In this document: piece after piece, positions 1-9,612 of the stretch
Layout of the letters: every line of letters begins with the position of its first letter
Position numbering within the stretch: position 1 is the stretch's first letter
Assembly (NCBI GenBank): GCA_965214705.1
Contig: CBDCCI010000002.1
Location: 1,760,001 to 1,824,000, forward strand
Reading direction: 5' to 3'
DNA: 64,000 bases
Source: Alphaproteobacteria bacterium
GTDB lineage: Bacteria; Pseudomonadota; Alphaproteobacteria; UBA828
Notes under the pieces: model-generated
The model's input: the letters and a program-made list of their open reading frames with translations, nothing else
Databases searched by the model: none
Told to the model about the DNA's origin: nothing
Made by a program: the position numbers and the translations under genes

Positions 1-2272
1 TCCAAGGCTCCTGTCTCGAAGGTACGGTAGTCACCGTTATTTCTTCATTCCGTGGCCCGTCGGCGATCTCGCCGACGACAAGAAGCACCCTGGGGCTCAC
101 CGACGCCCCTTGCCGAAACGGAGTTCGGAGTTGCTTGTTGACATAGCCGGATGCCTGACGCGGTAGCGGCGCAGGCGAACCTTCGAATACGAGGATATTT
201 CTTGCTTGATCGAGAGACGTGTGCGCCTCGGGTCTGCGGTCGGGACAGTAGGCCCAGAGCGCGCGAGCCACGTTACCGGGTGCGAGCGAAGCCGACGGTC
301 TTCGCTCGAACAGGACACAGCATCGGCGGGCATCGCCCCCTCCGAACGGTCGTACGGCCTCAAGATCGAGCGATTGCGCCAGGATCGGTTCGTGCCATTC
401 GCGAAATCTGGCCCAGCTTTCCGCCCGCAAGGCGGACTTCTTAACAATCCAGGCCGCCGGGTCATGGTCCGGGCTTGCGAGATACAGCTGCCGCGCACGT
501 TTGATGAAGAGCTGGGCGATGTCGAAGTGCGGCGCATTCCTCCCGCCGGTCCAGAGATCGAGGTCCCTGTCGGCAAATTGCTCTAGATCTCGCTTGCGCA
601 CTTCGGCCTGGATATCCGCCATGGAAACCCATGGAGGGTTGGCGACGATACGGTCGACCTTTTGGTCGGACAAGCGGACCGGGCCGGTGGTGTTGGCGAT
701 GTACCAAGTCCACACGGAGTTCCCTTCCTTGGCGACGATCTCGATGAATGCGGCGTGGCACGCCTCTACTGCGGCCCGGTCGTCCTCTGGAACCGAATTG
801 CCGATGTCGGCCGACAATGGCCGGCCCATGCTGGCTTCCTCGATAAGCCGACGCAGGTCGTCGGTGAAGGTCGGCAAGTCGACGAACGATCGCGGTAGCA
901 GCAGTTCGCGCCCTTGCGGGGTCACAATCCGGATTTCCCCGTTCAGGGGACGGAAGAGCGACGTCTCGTCGTCCGCATTGACGAGCAGCGAGTCCCCCTC
1001 GTAGATCCGGATTCCCGCTTTCCCTCCTGGAGGTTCTGCAGGAAGGGCGCGGAGTAAAGTGGCCCGGGATATTTCCGCAGCTACCGGATGAACGTCGATA
1101 CCGTTTATCAGTCTCGCGACAACCGCGGCGCGTCTCGCGGCTGTATGGCCTTCAAGGGACGGTGTGCCGAGCAGGCGCTGCGCGGCGTAGTAGAGAATCG
1201 TCCCGGAGCCACATGCAGGATCGAGGAACCCGATGCCCTCCAATCGCCCCTGGTTCCGCTCATCCGCGATCGCTGCCGCAATGGCGCGATCGCACCAAGC
1301 CTCGTCGAGCAACTCCTCGACGATCAGACCGGCCAACCAATCCGGTGTGTAATATTCCCCAAAGACCTTACGGTCGCGTTCGCCGACGAAACGTTCGTAA
1401 AGCGGCCGAAGGACGTCTCCCCGCCGCCGGCGCCATTCATAGCCGTGGACCTGCTCCATGAGTCTTGCTGCCCACGTGCGACCACGGGTCGTTGCAAGAA
1501 TCCAGGCGACAATTCCGTCTACCAGCACGTCCGAGGGATTCGGAGCATCGTTCGGCTCGGCCAGTGTCTGCACCACGCCCCGGGCGAGAGCCACCAGAAA
1601 CGAATGAGTGACGAAGAGACGGTCTCGCGCCGCCTCGTTTTCCGGCTCCATGCTTGCGGTTCGGAGCATATCGAGCCACAGGTCTCTCTTCGTCCGTGTT
1701 TCCGCGAGATACGCGCCTCCCAGTTCCGAATAAATCGCCTGGAGCTCGTCGTGTGCGGGCTCGAAGAGGGGCCGCGGGTCCGAGGGAACCCATGGTTTTC
1801 CTATCGGGTCACCGCCGACGAGGGGACTGATGCGATGAATAAGGTCCTCGGCGCCCCTTGGCACGAACCCTTCGAGGAGTGTTCGGGCGCGCGTTTCGCG
1901 CTCGTTGTCGTAAACCCAGGCATGCCATACACGCCCGTCTGTCAGAATGCCCACCCACGGGCGCTCGGCACGTTCGTCGAACGCGAACATCTCCTTGTCA
2001 CGACGCAGTTCGCTCAGGACATAGCGCTCAAGCTGTTGCAGCGGCGATTCGTTGTTTTCCCGGGCCTGCGGTGCGTGGGGATCGCGCGCCAGTCCGCGAG
2101 CTTTCGTTTCGATGATCGTGCGCCGGCGTTGAAGGTAGAGGTCAGCCGGACCACCAGGAGTGGGGTACGAGAGGGTGTAGTCGACATCGAAGGAGCCGAG
2201 AAAATCCCCAACATTGCGCCGAACATTGTCCTCATGAAGCCTCGGTGACGCGTCCAAAAGCTGCTGGGCCGC
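1..2272 (-). CDS. Type IIG/IIL-like restriction-modification enzyme (N-terminal PD-(D/E)xK nuclease + gamma-class N6-adenine MTase); runs off the left edge; native start lost
   Basis: Not in the ORF track (no stop in window). Manual minus-strand translation in one frame gives PADLYL..IIETK..QLERY..GILTDGRVW, FGEYYTPDWLA (~1337-1363), FLDPACGSG (~1202-1228) and NPPW (629-640). Confidence 0.85.
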
Positions 2273-2370
2273 CTCGATGGTCCAGTGCCCGCGATTGAGG
2301 GTGAGCAGGCGTTCCGGCGATGCGGCCTGCGGGGTCAGGCTGGTGACGCCGTAAGCCGTCTCGCAGCTCC
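2273..2370 (-). pseudogene. ISAs1-family transposase, distal fragment (RSCETAYGVTSL..LNRGHWTIE), truncated and joined to the R-M gene
   Basis: Manual translation shows ISAs1 motifs ETAY.VTSL and RGHW.IE; continues 3961-4381 in frame once the 1590-bp IS110 is removed. Confidence 0.85.
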
Positions 2371-2379
2371 TTTTATGAG

Positions 2380-2702
2380 GCTGTGGAAGTCAAGGAACGA
2401 AGCCTCTGTCTACCTCATGTGGAGCCCTCCCTGGGTTGGCAGTATCTTCGGCAGCTTTCGCCGGGTCGAAACGCTTCTTGCATCGGTCGCGCCTCAAGTA
2501 CGCATACCCACCTTTTATCCGGGCGGTTGTCGGCAAGGGTGTGCCGAATCCGTCCCCCAATCCCGCTTGCTGCGGGCGCAGCGTTCCGGAGGCGGGACCC
2601 ATCTCTTGCCCGGCGTATTTCAGCCCGCGAGCAACCCGGCCACACGCCACCCGGCCCAGCGCCTGCCGCGTCCGGCCGGGCTGGAACAGTGCGGTCTCGG
2701 TG
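2380..2702 (-). ncRNA. Putative seekRNA/bridge RNA of IS1111-type element 1
   Basis: Contains TCTTGCC (2604-2610, identical to flank 3961-3967), TGCTGCG (2568-2574, 6/7 to the other target arm) and CTTTTAT (2512-2518, identical to element end 2370-2376). Scaffold motifs shared with 6898-7234. RNA limits are approximate. Confidence 0.7.
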
Positions 2703-3890
2703 TCAGGCGAGCTTGGCGCCCGTCGGCACGAGACCGGTCCCGGAGAACCGCCACAGCGCGATGAGCAGCTTGCGGGCGAGCGCCACGATCATCACTCGGC
2801 GAATGCGGCCCCGAGCTCCGGCGGTGCGTTCCTCGAACCACTTGCTGAGCACGCTGTCGGGTTGATGGCGCAACCAGCGCCACGCCATTTGGATGAGGAG
2901 GGCACGGATCCAGGCCGGACCGTCGCGGCCGATCCCCTGATCGCGTTGCACGTCCCCGCTTGCCCATGGGGTCGGCGTCAACCCGACCCAGCTCGCAAGC
3001 TCACGGCGGTTGTGGAAGTCGCGGTAGAAGATCTCGTGCTCAAGCAGCGTCGCGTCGTTCGCGCCGATCCCCTTCAGCTGGGTCAACGTCGCGATCTTGG
3101 CCGCCGCCTTCTCCTGGCTTCCCTCCGGGGCGACCGGCGCCGGGATAGCCTCGCCCTGGCGGGCAACCGCATCTCGCTCCGCCTCGACTTCCGCGATCTG
3201 CCGCTGCACGAGCGACAGCCGCTCCACAAGCCGAAGGATCTCCTGGCGAGCCCGCGGCGGGAACGGCGATCCATATGCGGTCACCGTGTCCGCGAACGTC
3301 TCCTCGAACCCTTTGGCGCGGGGGTCCAGGTCGAAGATGCCGTGCAGCTTCAGCAGCCCCTTGATCGAGTTGGTCAGCGAGGTCCGCTCCTTCACCAGGC
3401 GCCGGCGCTCGCGAAGCAGCCGCTTGCGATCCTCCTCCTCGACGCTCGGAACCCGCACCTGGCTCAGCACCGCAGCATCGCCCCGGTCGTGCGCGAGCAG
3501 CGCACGTACCATCTTCTTCGCGTCGATCCGATCCGTCTTGCGCTGCTTCGCCTTCCGGTTCACCAACAGGCTCGCCGGATCGAGCACCACCGTCTCGATG
3601 GACATCTCCCGGTCCAGCCAGCGCTCCAGCCAGAAGCCCTCGTAGCCCGCCTCGTAGCAGCACAGAACGCGCACCTCTCGGTCGAGAGCCCGTTCAGCCT
3701 TGGCCCGCTGCTTCTCGATCAGATCCCTGAGGCCTTCCGTGTCCGCCGGCCCGAGCGAGTGCAGGCCGATCTTTTCGCTGGTCGGGCTCTTGACCCCAAC
3801 CACCCAGCTCTTCCGGCTGACCTCAATCGCCACGTACAGCGTGTCATGCTCCGCCTCGGCCGGCGCAGCGGTCTCGTTCAATGAGGACAT
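2703..3890 (-). CDS. IS110-family recombinase/transposase
   Basis: VAIEVS, YEAG, KTDRIDA (DEDD-like, first residue E), GIG, GL.P.PWASG, VALARKL motifs. Confidence 0.95.
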   Translation of the reverse strand: MSSLNETAAPAEAEHDTLYVAIEVSRKSWVVGVKSPTSEKIGLHSLGPADTEGLRDLIEKQRAKAERALDREVRVLCCYEAGYEGFWLERWLDREMSIETVVLDPASLLVNRKAKQRKTDRIDAKKMVRALLAHDRGDAAVLSQVRVPSVEEEDRKRLLRERRRLVKERTSLTNSIKGLLKLHGIFDLDPRAKGFEETFADTVTAYGSPFPPRARQEILRLVERLSLVQRQIAEVEAERDAVARQGEAIPAPVAPEGSQEKAAAKIATLTQLKGIGANDATLLEHEIFYRDFHNRRELASWVGLTPTPWASGDVQRDQGIGRDGPAWIRALLIQMAWRWLRHQPDSVLSKWFEERTAGARGRIRRVMIVALARKLLIALWRFSGTGLVPTGAKLA

Positions 3891-3960
3891 ATCGTGTCTC
3901 CTTATGAGGATTGGTCAGAACGGCACCGTAGCGCCGGTCTTCGAGTCGCCTCATAGGATC

Positions 3961-4393
3961 TCTTGCCGGATTTGACGTGCCGGGTTTCGCGCCGCACGGC
4001 GAAGATCTGTCCGACGCCGGGGAAGTTGAGGTAGTCGTTGAGCTCGCTGGAGACCCAGATGGAGCGCCGCTCGCGGCGGCCGTGCTCGGGCTTGGGGCTC
4101 TCGTCCGCGAAGTCCGGCGCGCGGCCTGCGATGGCCTCGTCGAGAGTGAGCCGGATGTCGTCGAGCAAGGTGGGCTGGTTGCCCTTGACGGTGAACAGAT
4201 AGTCGGCGCCGCGGTCGCGCAGATAGGAGGCCAGCGCGCGCTGGGTGAGCAGAGCATCGGCGGTGACGGTGCGGCCCGCGATGTCGGGCACCGTCTCGAT
4301 ACCCGGATCAAGTCCGGGCAGGGGGATGATGGTGCCGATCTCGTTGGTGCGCTTCTCCCCTTCGTCGGCGTCGGGCCTCATGCCGACTTTTTT
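3961..4393 (-). pseudogene. ISAs1-family transposase, central DDE segment (second frame)
   Basis: TNEI, TADALLTQ, VKGNQPTL and EHGRRERR motifs; follows an A6G run at 4387-4393; cut by IS110 at 3960. Confidence 0.9.
4300..4320. repeat. REP-like palindrome TGCCCGGACTTGATCCGGGTA (minus strand) inside the ISAs1 coding region
   Basis: Perfect 6-bp stem CCCGGA/TCCGGG with 5-nt loop; translated as PGLDPG; resembles the common alphaproteobacterial CCGGRCTTGAYCCGG repeat. Confidence 0.55.
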
Positions 4394-5465
4394 GACCCCA
4401 GGGCGCCTTGGTGTCGTGGCCTATGATGCCGAGCACATGAGCCTGCGTGCCATCGTCATCGATGGCGCCGCGGATGGTCTTGCCGTCGATGGCCAGCGCG
4501 CTGTCGCCCGAGCCGTGGGCCTCGTGCCAGGCCCTGAGCGCGGCGTCGAGCTGGACCGGATCGACGCGGATCAGCAGGCTGCGCATCGCCGACAGGCTGG
4601 GCGGGCGGTACCGGCCGTCGCGGCGGCGCACGCGGAAGCGCTGCAGCACCCTGGGACTGAGGTCGTCGACCCATTCGCTGATCGCCTTGTAGCCGCGCAT
4701 GCCACAGAACGTCGCGGCGGCGGCGAGCGCCAGTACCGTGGGCAGCGCATGGCGCCGGCCCTGGCGGCGGCGGGGATCGTCGATGCCCTGGAAGAACTCG
4801 GGGAGGGATCGCATCTGTGCGGCGGTGAGCGTCATCTTCGGCACTCCATGTCGCAGACGGGGGTCGAGATCGTCGGCCCGCAGCCGGGCCCGCGCGGTGC
4901 GGGACAGGGGAAGAAGGAACACGCGCTTGGGCCGTGCGTGCTCGCTGTAGCCGGCCCCGCCGCGAGCGAAGCCGCGGGTGCGCCCGACCTCGATCCAGTT
5001 GGCCGCGCGGTAGACCGTACCCCGGAAGAGCGCCGGGTCCACGAACGTCTCCGCCAGCAGCACGTCGTGACCGAAGCGGATCGGCCAATCCCTCACCAGA
5101 CGGCGCGTGCACAAAGACAGCACCCGCGAGCCGAGATTGCGCTCACCGCCGGGCAGGATCAGGAAGCGCGAGTTGTTGGTGACCAGGTGAAGACGACCGA
5201 ACTGAAGGCCGCGGTCCCAGCCAATCCAGCGATCGCGCGCACCGCACTTCAGCGCCGGTGCCGAGAAGACCGCCAACGCCAGCCATCGCCCCCGATGGTG
5301 CGCGACATAGCGCACGGTCTCGCCCATCCCCGGCACCGCGCCGAGGTAGTGGTGTGTCTGCATCAAGTCGCGGAAGCGGGCCTCGTCCTCCGCCGCCACG
5401 ATGTCGACCACCACCTCCGATAGAGCTGCCACAGCTTGCCAGTCCCCACGGCTGCCTCGCGGCAC
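4308..5465 (-). CDS. DUF4338 (DruA-like) domain fused to ISAs1 transposase N-terminal region
   Basis: HHYLG, RDRWIGW, NNSRFLILP, ETFVDP..F.GT.YRAANW, then DDPRRRQGRRH and AIDGKTIRGA. Confidence 0.85.
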   Translation of the reverse strand: MPRGSRGDWQAVAALSEVVVDIVAAEDEARFRDLMQTHHYLGAVPGMGETVRYVAHHRGRWLALAVFSAPALKCGARDRWIGWDRGLQFGRLHLVTNNSRFLILPGGERNLGSRVLSLCTRRLVRDWPIRFGHDVLLAETFVDPALFRGTVYRAANWIEVGRTRGFARGGAGYSEHARPKRVFLLPLSRTARARLRADDLDPRLRHGVPKMTLTAAQMRSLPEFFQGIDDPRRRQGRRHALPTVLALAAAATFCGMRGYKAISEWVDDLSPRVLQRFRVRRRDGRYRPPSLSAMRSLLIRVDPVQLDAALRAWHEAHGSGDSALAIDGKTIRGAIDDDGTQAHVLGIIGHDTKAPWGQKSRHEARRRRRGEAHQRDRHHHPPART

Positions 5466-5532
5466 TCATATCAGGACACGGGGAGCAAGTTCACTATTTC
5501 AGGCAACTCGCTGGAGGGCCTAGCCAAGGGTT

Positions 5533-5574
5533 AAGGGTTGGGCAGGCTCTCTCTCGAGAGCCTGCCCAACCCTT
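5533..5574. repeat. Terminal 19-bp perfect hairpin of element A1 (4-nt loop)
   Basis: AAGGGTTGGGCAGGCTCTC-TCTC-GAGAGCCTGCCCAACCCTT. Confidence 0.95.
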
Positions 5575-6897
5575 TTGAACGGAGGCGCGGGCCACGAGAG
5601 GCGAAGTTGAGCTATGTGGAAAGTGCGCTGATGTCAGCGTCAGGCGGCATCCACCGGCAGCAGAGTTGCGCATGAGATCGACGCTCGCGCCGGCCTTTCG
5701 GCAGGCATGCGGGCGCACGCTGCGAGGACTGAGCGGGGTGTGAGCCGAGGGCTGTCAGCCCGGCCCAAGCGGAGACAGGTTCGGTCGTGCGTCGGCGCTT
5801 TGGCGCCGTTGCGCGGGGCCGAAGCGAGCGGGCGTCTCACGGTTTCCCCCTGTGGGTCGGCGGCACGGCCGGCGGACCGCGCGTCGAGCGGGGCTCATGG
5901 CGGCGGCGGATTTCGCGGACGAGGCGCATGACGCCGCCGCAGTGGGGGCAGGCCACGGGCGCGGTGTCGATCACGGTCTCTTCGTCGGGCTCGGCCCGAG
6001 CGCCGCCCACGCTTTCCTCGGGGACGGCGCAGCCGAGGGCGCCGAGAGTCTGGCGTGCTCTCTCCAGCGTGCTGGCGCGACAGCCGTTGGCGAGAATGCC
6101 GAAGTAGCGGATGCGGTGCATGCCGTCCGGCAGGACGTGCATCAGGAAGCGGCGGATGAACTCGTCTGCGCTCACGGTGGCGATGCCGTAGCGCGGCTTT
6201 CTCTGCCCCGGCGCCTTCGGCTTGCGGTGGCGGAAGGAGACCGTCTCGCCGTCGAAGGAGACGATGCAGCTGTCGGAGATGGCGATTCTGTGAGTGTAGT
6301 GCGACAGGTACCGGAAGACCTGCTCAGGCCCGCGGAAGGGCCGCTTGGCGTAGACCACCCAGTCCCTGGCCCGGGCGGCGGCAAGCGTGGCGTGGAACTC
6401 GCCGGGATTGGCGAGGTGGGCGAGGGTGCCGTGGAACTCCAGGTCCCCCCGGCCGTGGGCGCGGGCGAGCTCCTCGAGGAAGAGGCGGCGGAACAGGCTG
6501 CCGAGGACCTTGACGGGGGCGAGGAAGGTGGTGCTCCCCGTCTTCCACTCGCCGCTGTCTACGTCGAAGCCCGCGTTGGGCACGACCACGTGCAGGTGCG
6601 GGTGGAAGCGGAGCTTCTGATCCCAGGTATGGAGGACCGCTGTGCCGCCGATGCGCATGCCACCGTGGTGGGGATCGGCGGCGATGGTGCGCAGGGTCTC
6701 GGCGACGGCCCGGAAGAGGATGTCGAACACCACCCTTCGGTTGCAGAAGGCAATGGCGGCGACCTCCTTGGGCAGGGTGAAGACCACATGGAAGTAGGGC
6801 ACCGGCAGGATGTCCCCGGCGCGGGCCTCGCTCCAGAGGTTGGCGGCGAGACCCTGGCAGGTCGGGCAGTGGCGGTTGCGGCAGGAGTACTTATGAG

Positions 6898-7234
6898 CTC
6901 TCTCTGCAAGGCCCGACTTCATCTACGTGAATGGCATTCGTGATCTCCCCATTCGCATCCGCGGCCGATGTCCAGGCAGAACGTCTTTTCCACGCAGCAG
7001 CTTGTCACGCTGCTCAGCTCTTATCCGGTTCGGAACTCCGGCTCTCGCCGGCTCCGCGACCCCAATACCGCATCCAGGCGGTGACGACGTTCCGGGAGAC
7101 GGGACCCATCTGTAGAACGGTGCCATTCGGCGACCCAACTCTTGCCCGGTCACACGCCTTGCCCGGCATCCTCCGCGGTCGCGTCCGACCACGTCGGAAC
7201 CTCCTGCTCTCTCCTTCTCGTTCGGCCAACGCCG
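6898..7234 (-). ncRNA. Putative seekRNA/bridge RNA of IS1111-type element 2
   Basis: Same scaffold as 2380-2702 (TTATCCGG, CCCAAT, GTTCCGG, GGGACCCATC, CACACGCC). Variable 7-mers TGTAGAA (7111-7117) and TCCAGGC (7073-7079) each match their own target arm 5/7. Confidence 0.65.
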
Positions 7235-8431
7235 TCAGGAGACGATGGCGCCCTCGGGCACCAGTCCCTGGGTGGCATAGCGCCACAGCGCGATCAGCAG
7301 CTTGCGCGCGACCCCCACGATCGCTCGCTTCCTCGCTCGCCGGTCCCTCCCGCCACCGGCGTCCCTGGCAACGTAGGCATGGAACCACTTTGTGATCGCG
7401 CTTTCCGGTTGCAGTTTCAGCCAGCGCCAGGCCATCTGGATCATGTGTTTCCTGACATGCGAGGGGCCGGCCTTGCTGATGCCGAGATCGTGGTCAACAT
7501 CTCCGCTCGCCCACGGCACCGACGTCAACCCGGCCCAACTGCCCAGCTCGCGCCGATTTCGGAAGTCCCGATAGAACACCTCGCCGGCCAGCAGCGTCGC
7601 GTCGTTGAGGCCGATGCCGTGAATGCGCGTGAGCGCCGCAATCATCGCCGTTCCGTCGCGATCGGACGCGTCCTGGGCTTTCCGGCCAGCCTTCAGCAGG
7701 GCCCTCTTCTCGGCCTCGATCGTGTCGATTTGGCCCTCAATCAGGCGAAGCATCGACGACGCCCTCTCGATCTCCGCCCGCGCCCGCGGCGGCAGCGGCG
7801 CTCCATAGCCCGTCCGTGCGGGCGCGAGCCGTTCGAGAAAGTCCGGCTTGCGCGGCGCCAGATCGAAGATGCCGTGCAGCTGCAAAAGCCCCTTGATCCG
7901 ATTGTTGAGGCGGGTGCGCTCACTGACCAGCGTGTCCCTCTCGCGTAGCAGGCGCCTGGCGTCCTCCCGGTCCACATCCGGCACGCGCACCCAGGACATG
8001 GCCTCCGAATCGCCCTGGTCCCACGCCTTCAGTGCGCGAACCATCCTCCTCGCATCGATACGATCGGTCTTTTTCTTCTTGGCGCGCCGGTTCACCCGCA
8101 GGCTCGCCGGATCGTTCATGAAGATATCGATCTCCGCGTCACGGCGCTCGATATCGCGGGCCAGCCAGAACCCCTCGTAGCCCGCCTCGTAGGTCAGCAT
8201 TACCCGCGGACGGGCGCCCAACTCCCTCGCCACCCGTTCCCGCACCGACCCGACGAGATCCAACAGTGCCGCCGTGTCGGCAGCGGCCAGTGTGTGGATG
8301 CTGATGCTGCCGCCCGAGGCATCCGGGCAATGCACGCCCACAATCCACGATTTGAGGCTGATCTCCACCGCAACGTAAATCGTGCTATGAGTTGCGCCTG
8401 TCAGCGCGGTCGTGTCTGGACCATTCGACAT
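7235..8431 (-). CDS. IS110-family recombinase/transposase
   Basis: VAVEIS, YEAG, KTDRIDA, PWASG, VARKL; divergent paralog of 2703-3890. Confidence 0.95.
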   Translation of the reverse strand: MSNGPDTTALTGATHSTIYVAVEISLKSWIVGVHCPDASGGSISIHTLAAADTAALLDLVGSVRERVARELGARPRVMLTYEAGYEGFWLARDIERRDAEIDIFMNDPASLRVNRRAKKKKTDRIDARRMVRALKAWDQGDSEAMSWVRVPDVDREDARRLLRERDTLVSERTRLNNRIKGLLQLHGIFDLAPRKPDFLERLAPARTGYGAPLPPRARAEIERASSMLRLIEGQIDTIEAEKRALLKAGRKAQDASDRDGTAMIAALTRIHGIGLNDATLLAGEVFYRDFRNRRELGSWAGLTSVPWASGDVDHDLGISKAGPSHVRKHMIQMAWRWLKLQPESAITKWFHAYVARDAGGGRDRRARKRAIVGVARKLLIALWRYATQGLVPEGAIVS

Positions 8432-8733
8432 CCGTCCGCTCCGTTGTTGACGATCTCTCTCGGAGAGAAGGTGCTGGCCTTCTCTCCGAGTTTCTTTAGC
8501 CGTCAGACTCGATTCGGTGCCACCCGCTCATGGTATCTGAAGAGCGGATGCTCGCGCCCGCAGCCCTCGCAGGCGTACATGTGGCCGCCGAGCACGGCGG
8601 TGCGGCACGCCTCGATGGCGCCCATGACCTTGAGCCGGGCGGCGTCGATGCGCCCTTTGTGGCGCTCACGGAAAGCGGCGCCGGCGCGGCGGAGGATCTC
8701 CGCCACGCCCGCGCGTTCGGCCTCCACGCGCCG

Positions 8734-9612
8734 TCAGTTGCGCAACGCTGCGAAGCCTGAGATCGGGTGGTCGAGGCCCTCGAACATCTTGCCGGTGACG
8801 CGGGCGTAGTGACGGGTCGTGTTCGCGCTTCGATGGCCGAGCATGTCCCGGATCACCTCGATATCGCCGCCGCGCTCGAGGAGATGGGTCGCCGCCGAAT
8901 GGCGCAGGCAATGGAAGGTGTAGCTGCGGTCGAGCTCGGCAATGTCGCGCGCCCTCCTGAAGGCGGCCTGCAAGGTCTCCGTTGCGATGGGCCTGTCGAG
9001 CGAGACGCCGTAGAAGAGCCAGCTCGTCGGACGCGGCCAGATGTTCCTGTAGTAGGCGCGCAAGTAGTGGATGACGCTGTCCGGCAACGGTGCCATTCTC
9101 TCGGTGCCGCCTTTGCCGGAGGGGATGTGCAGCAGCTTCTTCTCCGACAGGATGTCGCCGACCTTGATGGCCAAGGTCTCGGAGATGCGGAGCCCGCCGC
9201 CATAGCCGGTGACAATGGCAGCACGGTGGCGGAGGTCGGGCGTCGCAAGGATGAGGTGCTCGACCTCCTGCTCCGACATGTAGCGCGGCAGCTTGCCGGG
9301 CTTCTTGCGGGAGCGCAGGCCGGCGACGTGGTCAGGCCAGCCGAGTGTGTCGATGTAGAGGAAGTTCAGCGCGGCGAAGGAGACGTTGGTCGTGCCCGGA
9401 CTGAGCCCCTTGTCGATCCGCCCCAGGTACCACTGGCGCACCTGCTCGGCGTCGAGCTCGTCCGGCGAGGCGTCGTAGTACCTGGCCAGGTTCTTGATCT
9501 CGCAGATGTAGGCCTTGGACGTGCTCGCGGCCAGATTGGCGATGCGGAGCTGCTCCTCCATGCGCTGGCGAAGAGGGGTGACGGTGTTCGTGTCGCACGC
9601 GGTCCCGGTCAT
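8734..9612 (-). CDS. Tyrosine recombinase/integrase of element A1
   Basis: GLRISE, GKGG, HCLRH, LGH and TRHY catalytic motifs; start chosen at MTGTAC after a GGAGA RBS. Confidence 0.93.
   Translation of the reverse strand: MTGTACDTNTVTPLRQRMEEQLRIANLAASTSKAYICEIKNLARYYDASPDELDAEQVRQWYLGRIDKGLSPGTTNVSFAALNFLYIDTLGWPDHVAGLRSRKKPGKLPRYMSEQEVEHLILATPDLRHRAAIVTGYGGGLRISETLAIKVGDILSEKKLLHIPSGKGGTERMAPLPDSVIHYLRAYYRNIWPRPTSWLFYGVSLDRPIATETLQAAFRRARDIAELDRSYTFHCLRHSAATHLLERGGDIEVIRDMLGHRSANTTRHYARVTGKMFEGLDHPISGFAALRN

Larger units (their letters stand above)
2371..3960 (-). mobile_element. IS110 family, IS1111-type element (1590 bp) inserted in the ISAs1 transposase gene
   Basis: Sub-terminal IRs TATGAGGC/GCCTCATA, no classical TSD, short upstream and ~330-bp downstream non-coding region. 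Removal restores GGC AAG AGG AGC TGC GAG (GKRSCE). Confidence 0.9.
6889..8537 (-). mobile_element. IS110 family, IS1111-type element 2 (1649 bp)
   Basis: Sub-terminal IRs ATGAGC/GCTCAT; the empty site CTCTTCA|ACTCCTGCC is present in the intact copy at 26253-26268. Confidence 0.92.
5837..8727 (-). pseudogene. IS91-like (Zn-binding + Y2 HUH) transposase split by IS110 (8727-8538 joined to 6888-5837)
   Basis: The two parts total 1242 nt, the same as the intact copy 26070-27311; CRNRHCPTC, HPHLH and YLSHY motifs. Confidence 0.93.

Noticed and set aside
1088-2248. 386-aa plus-strand ORF and other long antisense ORFs (e.g. 10422-12614, 46028-48874, 55197-57920)
   Set aside because: Shadow frames of motif-bearing genes on the opposite strand in GC-rich DNA.
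4308-5465. Druantia defence system
   Set aside because: Only a DUF4338 domain inside an IS; no DruE helicase or other dru genes.
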